Assembly (NCBI GenBank): GCA_047615735.1
Contig: JBLHHU010000003.1
Coordinates: 1-41,787 of the forward strand
Reading direction: 5' to 3'
DNA: 41,787 nucleotides
Source: Kiritimatiellia bacterium
GTDB lineage: Bacteria; Verrucomicrobiota; Kiritimatiellia; UBA8416; JAIOPI01
The notes under the pieces are model-generated. The model was not told the DNA's origin and did not search any database. It saw nothing but the letters and a program-made list of their open reading frames with translations. Of this stretch, positions 8,853 to 18,990 are shown piece after piece (the first letter of the stretch is position 1; each line of letters begins with the position of its first letter). The translations under genes were made by a program, and so were the position numbers.

Positions 8853-9854
8853 CTATTTCGTATTGGGCGTGATTGGGTTCAGTGCCGTGTACTTGTCTTG
8901 ATGATCCAAGGCCTTTAAGCCCAGCAAAATATCGGCGGCACGACTCAGAATCGGGTCGTCCACAACACGCTCAAGTAGTACGCGTTGTTGTTTCGCTTTT
9001 TCAGAAAGAGGCCGACGGCGTTCGAGGACGGATTCGGAGGGCAGCCAAGGTTGGCCATGGCGATATTCGTTTGGCACCAGCAAGTGCGGGCGGACACCGT
9101 GTCCCTGGTAGGCTGGGCGTCCGACGGGCGTCACCCATCCGGTCGCAATGTGCAAAAACCGACCGTCAGGGAGGGGGATGCTCTCGCGGATGCCCGCGTC
9201 GCCCGGCGTCGTGCTGCCGATGAGCATGATGCCGTCGCGCTCGGTCAGGCAGGCCGACAAGGCCTCCGCTGCGCCACGCGTCCCTTTCCCAATCAGGAGA
9301 ATAAGCGGTGGCAAAAGTTTTTCATGTGGCGCGTTCGCGCGTGTTGAGCGTGTTTCCATGACCCCACCTGCGCCGTCGCGGATGTGGTATAGCGGAACGT
9401 CGTTACCGAGCAGTAAACCCGCGAATCCTTCCGCGTCTGCCAAGTTTAGGCCCTGCGCGTCGCGCAGGTCGAAGATGATGCCCACCGTGGTGGCGTTGGT
9501 CCACTGCGTGCGTGTCTCCGCGATGCGATCGGACGCGTGACCATCGAGTGCGTTGACACGATAGACCAGAATGGCGCCTGGCAAAGCGTCGAGCATCGCA
9601 ACGCTGTTCGTTGCGGCGACAACCGTGTTCGTTGGCGCGTGGTCAAGCAGGCGGGCCTGTGGATCGGCGGCCTGAATAATGGCCATCTCCATCGGACCAA
9701 TGAGCGCGTTCGTGGGCGTTACAATGTGATGGGCTTGCAGAACGGCGCGCAGATCGCTGAACTGGGGCAAGGCCGCGTGAAGCGTCGCGGCGGTCAGCCA
9801 CACGCAAAGCACAAGGCCGTTGCGTGCGCTCGACCGCAGGGAACGCAATAGCAT
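8853..9854 (-). CDS. Exported S41 (C-terminal protease)-fold protein, catalytic residues apparently missing
   Basis: Signal peptide, GIIFDLR, LLIGKGTRGAAE, LIGSTTPGD, TPVGR…GHGVRPH and DPILSRA. Start ATG 9854 lies just after purE. Confidence 0.8.
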   Translation of the reverse strand: MLLRSLRSSARNGLVLCVWLTAATLHAALPQFSDLRAVLQAHHIVTPTNALIGPMEMAIIQAADPQARLLDHAPTNTVVAATNSVAMLDALPGAILVYRVNALDGHASDRIAETRTQWTNATTVGIIFDLRDAQGLNLADAEGFAGLLLGNDVPLYHIRDGAGGVMETRSTRANAPHEKLLPPLILLIGKGTRGAAEALSACLTERDGIMLIGSTTPGDAGIRESIPLPDGRFLHIATGWVTPVGRPAYQGHGVRPHLLVPNEYRHGQPWLPSESVLERRRPLSEKAKQQRVLLERVVDDPILSRAADILLGLKALDHQDKYTALNPITPNTK

Positions 9855-9870
9855 GGTTCGGGCAAGCAAA

Positions 9871-10386
9871 TCAGCCTTCCAGGTCCTTCTGCACGCGAGC
9901 GTCGCCTTGTTCAACTTTCTTGCGCAAGGCGCGTTTGTGGGCTGCGACTTTGCGGGCCATCGCTGGATCGCTGAGGGCCAGGATCTGTGCCACGAAAATG
10001 GCTGCATTGATCGGGCCTGCGCTACCCAAGGTCACCGTTGGGACGGGGATGCCAGCAGGCATCTGAATGGTTGATAGGAGTGAGTCGATGCCATTCATGG
10101 CGCCGCCTTTGATCGGAATCCCGATGACAGGCAACGCTGTGTGCGCGGCCAGAACGCCGCCCAAGTGTGCCGCCCCGCCAGCCGCAGAAAGGATGGCCTT
10201 GAGTCCCCGTTTCGCCGCAGTGCTTGCGTATTCCGTTGCGAGGTCGGGCGTGCGATGCGCGGAAATGACGCGTACTTCGAAGGGGATGTCGAACCCCTCA
10301 AGGGTTTCGCATGCGGACTTCAGGAGCGACCAGTCCGAGTCGCTTCCCATAACGATTCCGACGAGTGGTTTCTTCTTTTTGGCCAT
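9871..10386 (-). CDS. purE: N5-CAIR mutase
   Basis: GIVMGSDSD, SAHRTP, AGGAAHLGG, PVIGIP and QMPAGIPV. Confidence 0.97.
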   Translation of the reverse strand: MAKKKKPLVGIVMGSDSDWSLLKSACETLEGFDIPFEVRVISAHRTPDLATEYASTAAKRGLKAILSAAGGAAHLGGVLAAHTALPVIGIPIKGGAMNGIDSLLSTIQMPAGIPVPTVTLGSAGPINAAIFVAQILALSDPAMARKVAAHKRALRKKVEQGDARVQKDLEG

Positions 10387-10433
10387 GTTCTCTACTTTCA
10401 GGTGTGTTGTTTGTTCTTTGATGTGGTTTGCCG

Positions 10434-11696
10434 TTAGAGTGCGCGAGCGCCGATGTCTCGGCGATAATGTGCATCTTTAAATTGAATTTGGTCAACAGCC
10501 TTGTAGGCCTTGTCGAGAGCGCTTTTCAGGTCGTCGCCCATGGCGGTGACCCCCAGAACGCGACCCCCTGATGTGACGACGTTGCCGTCTTCGAGGGCCG
10601 TGCCCGCGTGGAACACGACGGTGTCGTCCGCCGCCGCCGCGTCGAGTCCGCTGATCGTGTCGCCTTTTTCGTAAGCGCCCGGGTATCCGCCGGCCGCCAT
10701 CACGACACATGCGGCGTGCGCATCGTGCCAGGTCAACATGTCGGGCGAAAGCGTGCCGTCGATGCAGGCGTTGAGCACAGGGACGAGGTCGTTTGACATA
10801 CGCATTAGCAGGGCCTGCGTTTCTGGATCACCAAAGCGGACGTTGAATTCGAGAACCTTGGGGCCGTCCTCTGTGATCATCAAGCCGGCGTATAGCACGC
10901 CTTTAAAGGTGATGTCGCGACGCTTTAGTTCGGCCAGCGTGCGTTCCAGAACCACCTCTTGAATCAAGGCTTTGCGTTCGGGTGTCACGACAGGGGCAGG
11001 GGAATAGGCACCCATTCCTCCTGTGTTGAGGCCTCTGTCGCCGTCCAGTGCGCGCTTATGATCCTGCGAGGAGTCCAGCATGACGATGGTTTCGCCGTCA
11101 ACCAGTGCCAGAATGGATGCTTCTTCGCCGAAGAGAAACGCTTCGATAACGACACATTTGCCGGCGTCGCCAAAAATGCCGGTCTGCATGGCGTCACGCA
11201 GACCGGCCTCCGCGTCCTCGACGGTGTCACAGAGCAATACCCCTTTGCCTGCGGCCAGACCCTCGGCTTTCACGACAATGGGTGCGCCTTTTTCGCGGAC
11301 GTAGGCCAGTGCGGCATCTATATCCGTAAAGGTTTCCGATTCCGCTGTCGGCACGCCTGCGGCGAACATGATTTCCTTGGCGAAGGCTTTGCTGCCCTCC
11401 AGCATGGCGGCCTCGCCGTTGGGTCCGAATGCACGAAGCCCTTTGGAGGCCAGTGCGTCGCTGAGCCCGGCGCAGAGCGGGGCTTCGGGGCCAATCACCG
11501 TCAGATCCGGGCGGTTTTCAACAGCCCAGGCAACCAGTGCGTCGATATCCTCTGCCCCAATGTCGATGTTCGTCGCAAGTTGAGCCGTGCCCGCATTACC
11601 GGGTGCGCAAAAGATTTCAGGATTGGTGGCATCACTGGAAAGCTTCCAGACCAGGGTATGTTCGCGTCCACCACCACCTACAACCAGTATCCTCAT
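10434..11696 (-). CDS. purD: Phosphoribosylamine--glycine ligase
   Basis: MRILVVGGGGREH, APGNAG, LEGSK, GLAAGKGV, QDHKR, NTGGMGAY and EFNVRFGDPE. SD-like AAGGA precedes ATG 11696. Confidence 0.97.
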   Translation of the reverse strand: MRILVVGGGGREHTLVWKLSSDATNPEIFCAPGNAGTAQLATNIDIGAEDIDALVAWAVENRPDLTVIGPEAPLCAGLSDALASKGLRAFGPNGEAAMLEGSKAFAKEIMFAAGVPTAESETFTDIDAALAYVREKGAPIVVKAEGLAAGKGVLLCDTVEDAEAGLRDAMQTGIFGDAGKCVVIEAFLFGEEASILALVDGETIVMLDSSQDHKRALDGDRGLNTGGMGAYSPAPVVTPERKALIQEVVLERTLAELKRRDITFKGVLYAGLMITEDGPKVLEFNVRFGDPETQALLMRMSNDLVPVLNACIDGTLSPDMLTWHDAHAACVVMAAGGYPGAYEKGDTISGLDAAAADDTVVFHAGTALEDGNVVTSGGRVLGVTAMGDDLKSALDKAYKAVDQIQFKDAHYRRDIGARAL

Positions 11697-11788
11697 GTCC
11701 ATTCCTTGGATTCGTCGATTGTCAAAAGCACCGTGCTTGCGTATGGTGCCCGAATCGATAAGCATAGTCGATCCCCGGTTTGGCTCAA

Positions 11789-11809
11789 GCATTTGATGGC
11801 ATCAAATGC
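11789..11809. promoter_or_regulatory. Perfect 10-1-10 palindrome between divergent purD and purB (candidate operator)
   Basis: GCATTTGATG-G-CATCAAATGC. Confidence 0.6.
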
Positions 11810-11838
11810 ATGTAATCGGGTTCAAAACACGATGATCG

Positions 11839-11865
11839 GGGGGTGACCGGCTAGCTGGCACCCCC
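11839..11865 (+). other. GC-rich hairpin in the purB upstream region
   Basis: GGGGGTG-A-CCGG-CTAG-CTGG-CACCCCC, with no U-tail on the + strand. Confidence 0.5.
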
Positions 11866-11894
11866 ACAATCAGGAATTAGAGGAAAGTAAAAGC

Positions 11895-13190
11895 ATGATA
11901 CCACGGTATACCCGCCCGGAAATCGGTGACATTTGGACGGACGAGAACAGATTTCGTGTTTGGCTACAGATTGAGGTCCTGGCTTGTGAGGCCATGTCGA
12001 AGCTGGGGCATGTGCCTAAAGCCGACTTGGCGCGCATCCAAAAACGTGCCGACTTTAACGTCGACCGCATTTTGGAGATCGAAGAAGAGGTCAATCACGA
12101 CGTGATCGCCTTTTTGACGAACGTGGCCGAGTACGTCGGACCGTCGTCGCGCTTTATTCATCGCGGCCTGACCAGCTCCGACATTCTCGACACGAGCCTC
12201 GCTGTACAAATGGTGCAGGCCATGGATGTGCTGATCAAGGACGTCAAAGCATTGCGCCGTGCGGCGGCCGCCAAGGCGCGTAAATACAAATACACACCCA
12301 CCATTGGACGTTCCCATGGCATTCATGCCGAGCCAACGACGTTCGGTCTCAAAATGGCGCTTATGTACGACGAATTCGGACGTGCGCTGGTGCGGCTTGA
12401 AACGGCGCGCGAAACGGTGGCCGTCGGACAGTTGTCCGGCGCTGTCGGGACGCATGCCCACATCGATCCCTATGTCGAAAAATATGTTTGCCGAAAGTTG
12501 AAGCTCAAACCGGCGGCCATCTCGACCCAGGTGTTGCAGCGTGACCGTCATGCCGAATATCTGTCTACGATTGCTTTGGTCGGCGCATCGGTTGATCGTT
12601 GGGCGACGGAATTTCGCCATCTGCAGCGTACCGAAGTGCATGAAATGGAAGAATATTTCGGGGCCGCGCAAAAAGGATCCTCGGCCATGCCGCACAAAAA
12701 GAATCCGATCACTGCCGAAAAACTATCCGGCCTCGCGCGAATTTTACGCGGTAACGCAATCGTTGGCCTAGAAAACGTTGCGCTATGGCACGAGCGCGAC
12801 ATCACGCACTCGTCGGCTGAGCGCATTGTTCTGCCGGACAGCACGATCGCACTGGATCACATGCTGATCGGGTTGACGCGCGTTGTCAGTACCATGCGCG
12901 TGTTCCCCAAGCGCATGCAGCAAAACATCGACATGACGCACGGTTTGATTCATTCGCAACAAGTGTTGCTTTTACTGACGGACAAAGGCGTTTCGCGTGA
13001 AGTGTCCTATCGCCTGGTTCAGCGTAATGCTATGGCGTGTTGGGAGACTGGGACGAACCTGAAGGAACTTGTTTCCGCCGATAAGGAGCTGATGACGCAT
13101 CTCACGGCAGACGAACTTGAGCATGTTTTTGACATTCAGAACCATTTCCGGGATGTCGATCGCACCTTCTCGCTTCTGGGGCTGTCATGA
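11895..13190 (+). CDS. purB: Adenylosuccinate lyase
   Basis: MIPRY, HDVIAF, GLTSSD, GRSHGIHAEPTTFG, signature GSSAMPHKKNP and LWHERDI. Confidence 0.97.
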   Translation: MIPRYTRPEIGDIWTDENRFRVWLQIEVLACEAMSKLGHVPKADLARIQKRADFNVDRILEIEEEVNHDVIAFLTNVAEYVGPSSRFIHRGLTSSDILDTSLAVQMVQAMDVLIKDVKALRRAAAAKARKYKYTPTIGRSHGIHAEPTTFGLKMALMYDEFGRALVRLETARETVAVGQLSGAVGTHAHIDPYVEKYVCRKLKLKPAAISTQVLQRDRHAEYLSTIALVGASVDRWATEFRHLQRTEVHEMEEYFGAAQKGSSAMPHKKNPITAEKLSGLARILRGNAIVGLENVALWHERDITHSSAERIVLPDSTIALDHMLIGLTRVVSTMRVFPKRMQQNIDMTHGLIHSQQVLLLLTDKGVSREVSYRLVQRNAMACWETGTNLKELVSADKELMTHLTADELEHVFDIQNHFRDVDRTFSLLGLS

Positions 13191-14236
13191 GCAAGGAAAA
13201 GCCCGCGAAACGAGCGCGCAAGAAATCCGCCTATGCGGAAGCCGGTGTTGATATCGATCAGATGAACGCGTCGTTGACTGCGGTCAAACGCATGGTGAAA
13301 GCGACGAACACGCGTGGCGTGTTGAGTGACGTCGGTGCTTTCGGTGGGCTTTTTGCATCGCCTGGCAAAGATCACATCTTGGTCGCCAGCAGTGACGGCG
13401 TGGGTACAAAGCTGAAAGTGGCCTCGATGGCCGGCCGACATAATACGGTCGGGCAGGATCTGGTTAACCATTGCGTGAACGATATTCTCGTGCAGGGCGC
13501 GCGCCCTCTCTTTTTTCTCGATTATCTTGGAACGGCTCAATTGAAAGCCAAGGTATTCAAGGATGTGGTTTCCGGGCTCTGCAAGGCTTGTCGCGAGAAC
13601 GGTGCGGCGCTGTTGGGCGGGGAAACGGCGGAAATGCCCGGGCTTTACCCGTCCGGCGAATACGATTTGGTGGGTACCATTCTTGGAAGTGTCGCGCGGC
13701 GCGAATTGGTGACCGGTAAATCTGTGCGGTCGGGCGATGTCCTGATCGGCTTGCCGTCCTCCGGGTTGCACACCAACGGATATTCGTTGGCGCGCAAAGT
13801 GATTTTTGAGAAAGCCGGCCTAGGCATTAATGATCTCCTTCCGGGGACCAATCGGCGCATTTCGGATGTGTTGTTGGCTGTGCACAGAAGCTATCTGAAA
13901 CCCGTAGAAGCGCTTCAAAAGCGGGTGAAGATCACGGGTATGGCGCATGTGACGGGCGGCGGCTTCTACGATAATTTGCCGCGCATCCTTCCCTCGGGTG
14001 TCGGCGTCGATGTGGATACCTCGACGTGGCGTGTACCGCCAGTGTATCGGTTCATCCAAGAGCAGGGCAACGTCGATCGCGACGAAATGTATCGCGTGTT
14101 CAATATGGGAATCGGCTACGTCGTTTTTGTGCGACGCAAAGATGCTGACCTTGCCTTGTCGACCTTGAAAGCTGTGCGCGCACAACCAAAGGTAATTGGT
14201 CGCGTGGTACGCGGTGCTGGCGTGACCTTATCCTAA
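13187..14236 (+). CDS. purM: Phosphoribosylformylglycinamidine cyclo-ligase (AIR synthase)
   Basis: YAEAGVDID, DGVGTK, GGETAEMPG, GLHTNGYS, HVTGGG and FNMGIG. ATGA overlap with purB. Confidence 0.97.
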   Translation: MSKEKPAKRARKKSAYAEAGVDIDQMNASLTAVKRMVKATNTRGVLSDVGAFGGLFASPGKDHILVASSDGVGTKLKVASMAGRHNTVGQDLVNHCVNDILVQGARPLFFLDYLGTAQLKAKVFKDVVSGLCKACRENGAALLGGETAEMPGLYPSGEYDLVGTILGSVARRELVTGKSVRSGDVLIGLPSSGLHTNGYSLARKVIFEKAGLGINDLLPGTNRRISDVLLAVHRSYLKPVEALQKRVKITGMAHVTGGGFYDNLPRILPSGVGVDVDTSTWRVPPVYRFIQEQGNVDRDEMYRVFNMGIGYVVFVRRKDADLALSTLKAVRAQPKVIGRVVRGAGVTLS

Positions 14237-14259
14237 GTCGAAAATGCCGCGGTTTTCGG

Positions 14260-14287
14260 TAGTCAATCTTTTTTGCATCGGTATAAT
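14260..14287 (+). promoter_or_regulatory. Putative sigma70 promoter giving a possibly leaderless transcript
   Basis: TAGTCA-16 nt-TATAAT, then 6 nt to ATG 14294 with no SD sequence. Confidence 0.45.
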
Positions 14288-14293
14288 CGCCGC

Positions 14294-16087
14294 ATGAGTG
14301 CACCTATACTACCCACTGACGTCGCGCCCGTTTTTTCTGGAGCGACGATTCTGTTGCTCGCGGCTCTGCTGATCGTTCTCGGCACGTTGGCGGGCAATGT
14401 GGCGCGCCGTTTCAAACTGCCTTCACTGACGGGGCAGATTATCATGGGACTGCTGTTGGGCGAGTCGTTGCTCAACCTGATTCCCAGTGCGCAACAAAAA
14501 CAGTTTGATCCGCTGATCACATTCGCCGTCGGCCTCGTCGCCGTGTCGATTGGTGGTCATCTGGATTTTCGACGCCTACGCAACGCGGTTAAGCGCATTT
14601 TGTGGGTCTGTATTTGTCAGGTTTTAGCCACCTTTGTGGTGGTCTTTGTCGCGTTTCAGATATTCAATCCGTTCCAACTGTCGGCGGAGCAGCTCCTGCC
14701 GGTCCATCTCATCATTGCTGCCATCGCGACATCGACGTCGCCCGTGTCCACGCTGCACATCATTAAGGAGCAGCGTGCACGTGGTCTGTTGGTCAAAACG
14801 ACCATCGCGGTCATCGCGGTCAATAACCTGCTGACCTTGTTGATTTTTGCCGTCTGTCGCAGTGTTTCGGCGGGGCTGATGGCGGGTAGCTTCGGGGGAT
14901 TCAGCAGTGTCTTGCCATCGGTTGTCGCCATTCTTGTGTCGAGTTTGATTGGTGTTTTGACGGGCTTGGTCCTTGTCAAGGTGTTGGGTAAAGGGGCCGC
15001 GCGGGGCAGTGACAAAGGTGATTCTGATCGCCGTCACGATTCGGCACGCCTTTTTACGGCTCTGCTGGTCGGTATTTCGATGGCGGCGGGGTTGTGCGAG
15101 TACTTGTCACAGCTGTTGCGTACGCAGGGTATTCAGCCGTCTCCCATTTTGGCCTGTTTGGCGTTGGGTTTGGTCTTAGCGAATCGCGCATCCTTTAAAG
15201 AGGAGGCGCTTGGGCTTTTCGATGTGCTTGAAAATGCCATTTTCACCCTGTTTTTCGTCTTGGCCGGTGCACACTTTGATGTGCATGCGGCGCTGATGAT
15301 CATGCCGGCCGCGGGTCTCTACATTTTGGCACGTATTGCCGGAAAGGTGAATGGTGGCTTTATTGGCGCACGTATAAGCCATTCATTGCCTAAAATGGGT
15401 CGCTACGTAGGCCCCGCCTTGCTCGCGCAGGGGGCGATTGCGATTGCCTTGATTGTGATCATTGAAAAGGACCCCGCTTTCGCCGATGTCGAAGGGATGC
15501 TGACCGCCTGTGTGCTGACGGGTGTGGTGGTCTTCGAGTTGCTGGCCGGGCCGGTATTGGCGTGGGCGCTGAAAAATACGAACGAAGCAAATCAGGATAA
15601 GACGCGCCTGATTGAGTTCCTGCAGGAAGAATTCATTCTGCCGTCAGTCTACGCGAAGGACAAAGAGGCTCTGATCGAAGAGTTGGCCTATTTCCTGTTG
15701 CGCGCACACCGTATCGATATGCCGGTCGAAGAATTGGTGGCGGCCTTGAATCAGCGTGAATCGGAAGTGTCGACAGCGCTTGGGCGAGGTGTTGCTGTGC
15801 CGCACGCCAAAGTGGATTATGGGGAGGATATTTGTGGGGTGCTGGCCCTTGTCGATCCGCCGCTGGATTTCGGCGCCGCGGATGGTGTTCCTGTGCGATT
15901 GGTTGTGATGATCATGACGCCACACGACAAAGCGGACAAGCACCTTGAGGTGATTGGTTCCGTGGCGCGTATCATGCATCGGGAGCGGACGCGCGAAGCG
16001 CTGTTCAACGCCCGAACGGCTGAAGAGATTCACGACATCGTGTATTCCGAGGAACACGATCACTATAATTATGTCGTTGAGTCCTGA
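14294..16087 (+). CDS. CPA2-type cation/H+ antiporter fused to a C-terminal PTS EIIA (Ntr/Fru-type) domain
   Basis: About 12 hydrophobic segments with IATSTSP, FFVLAGA and ARIAGK. C-terminal QRESEVSTALGRGVAVPHA carries the phospho-acceptor His. Confidence 0.88.
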   Translation: MSAPILPTDVAPVFSGATILLLAALLIVLGTLAGNVARRFKLPSLTGQIIMGLLLGESLLNLIPSAQQKQFDPLITFAVGLVAVSIGGHLDFRRLRNAVKRILWVCICQVLATFVVVFVAFQIFNPFQLSAEQLLPVHLIIAAIATSTSPVSTLHIIKEQRARGLLVKTTIAVIAVNNLLTLLIFAVCRSVSAGLMAGSFGGFSSVLPSVVAILVSSLIGVLTGLVLVKVLGKGAARGSDKGDSDRRHDSARLFTALLVGISMAAGLCEYLSQLLRTQGIQPSPILACLALGLVLANRASFKEEALGLFDVLENAIFTLFFVLAGAHFDVHAALMIMPAAGLYILARIAGKVNGGFIGARISHSLPKMGRYVGPALLAQGAIAIALIVIIEKDPAFADVEGMLTACVLTGVVVFELLAGPVLAWALKNTNEANQDKTRLIEFLQEEFILPSVYAKDKEALIEELAYFLLRAHRIDMPVEELVAALNQRESEVSTALGRGVAVPHAKVDYGEDICGVLALVDPPLDFGAADGVPVRLVVMIMTPHDKADKHLEVIGSVARIMHRERTREALFNARTAEEIHDIVYSEEHDHYNYVVES

Positions 16088-16093
16088 GGCGGA

Positions 16094-16117
16094 CTGCGCG
16101 TCGTCACCGACACGCAG
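16094..16117. terminator. Hairpin between convergent antiporter and ilvD genes
   Basis: CTGCGCGTCG-TCAC-CGACACGCAG, 10-bp stem with one mismatch. No clear U-tract. Confidence 0.4.
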
Positions 16118-16130
16118 CGCACCAATAGCC

Positions 16131-17810
<1,680 letters not shown>

Positions 17811-17820
17811 ATGTCCTCCT

Positions 17821-18558
17821 TCAGGCCTCTTGGGTTGTCGTTGTTGTAGATAGAAGTGGTTTTTCTGGTAGTTCTGATTCCGGAGTCGGCTGTGAGAGGC
17901 CGAGTGCCGTTTGTATTTCCTGCATCGCCGAGCGTAGCTGTGCCAGTTCGGCTTCGAGTGCAGCGACGCGTTGCGCCAACGGGGTTTCGGGGGCTATATG
18001 CGCCGAGTCGGTTGGCGGCTCGGCGTCCGCTGTGCTGTGCTGTTCGCCGACGGGGGCCGCACCAGAAAGCAGGTCGGTGTAGCGTCGTTCTCGCCGCCCG
18101 TGTTCACGTGGGAGGAGGTGCACAAAGGGGCCACTTTCCGATAAACGCAGTTCTTCTAAGATCACTTCGACTTCGTCTCGCCCGTCAAAGTGATGTAGGC
18201 GCTCGCAATGGGTTTTTACTTCACTTGCCGTCTGAGGGCCGCGCAGCATCAGCACGCCGAGGATGGCGCTGTCGGCCTCGGAAAATGCACCGATTTTTTC
18301 AATGTTGTGTTTGTATTTAGGAACGCGGCTGCCCGCTTGCGAGACCTGATAGACTAAGTGTTTGCCGTATCGCATCCCGTCCAGCGCTGTTTCGATCTGG
18401 CTCGTTGTCAGGCTCATGACGGGTTTGCGGCTCGATTTCTGATTACAAGCCATTTGAAGCGCGTTTAGCGTCAGTGGATAGGCGTCAGGTGTCGTGCGCT
18501 CCTTTTCCAGCAAGCAACCAAGGATTCTGGCTTCAGTCTCGTCGAGTTGGATATCCAT
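17821..18558 (-). CDS. YceH / DUF480 family protein
   Basis: [26 protein letters not shown]…[18 protein letters not shown] and LMLRGPQT. Confidence 0.9.
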   Translation of the reverse strand: MDIQLDETEARILGCLLEKERTTPDAYPLTLNALQMACNQKSSRKPVMSLTTSQIETALDGMRYGKHLVYQVSQAGSRVPKYKHNIEKIGAFSEADSAILGVLMLRGPQTASEVKTHCERLHHFDGRDEVEVILEELRLSESGPFVHLLPREHGRRERRYTDLLSGAAPVGEQHSTADAEPPTDSAHIAPETPLAQRVAALEAELAQLRSAMQEIQTALGLSQPTPESELPEKPLLSTTTTTQEA

Positions 18559-18692
18559 GGGGCTTTACTCCGGGAGAAAATGTTATTGGGTCGAAAGGGG
18601 CGTAGAATGCGTTAATCGGGTCAAGGTGGCAAGTCAAGAGGGGCGGCGGGCGAATGGCGTCAAGTGATGGGTCTCGGAGAAGGGCTCCCGTT

Positions 18693-18702
18693 GGGGGGGG
18701 GG
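18693..18702. repeat. G10 homopolymer in the divergent intergenic region
   Basis: TT-GGGGGGGGGG-CT. Confidence 0.85.
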
Positions 18703-18888
18703 CTAAATTCGAAACGTTTTATGGATTCGACCAAGCGCCCTGTTTGTATTGGTACTTGCATAAAGCAGAGGTGCTTTTTGTCTAGCAGTTTGCGAACCGT
18801 CGTGTGGTGTGGGCGAAATAAAAAGGTGGAAAACTCCTTTTTCCTGCCGTGAATGCATGGTTTGCGTCTCATTTGTTCAAATGAATCA

Positions 18889-18917
18889 TTGACAAAATTG
18901 TCCCATAATGATAGAAC
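18889..18917 (+). promoter_or_regulatory. Putative sigma70 promoter of the polysaccharide export gene
   Basis: TTGACA-17 nt-TAGAAC with extended TGn, in an AT-rich stretch. Overlaps a short inverted repeat AACGA-GAAT-TCGTT. Confidence 0.55.
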
Positions 18918-18990
18918 GAGAATTCGTTATAAATGGAATTCGGCCTATGGCTTGGGCATTAATAGACTGTATACAAACAGGTTGCTGCTT

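Noticed and set aside
11838-11895. ZMP/ZTP riboswitch upstream of purB (GTGACCGGC resembles GUGACUGGCG)
   Set aside because: The downstream conserved GGGGAGC segment and the CGCCUGGGC pseudoknot hairpin are absent.
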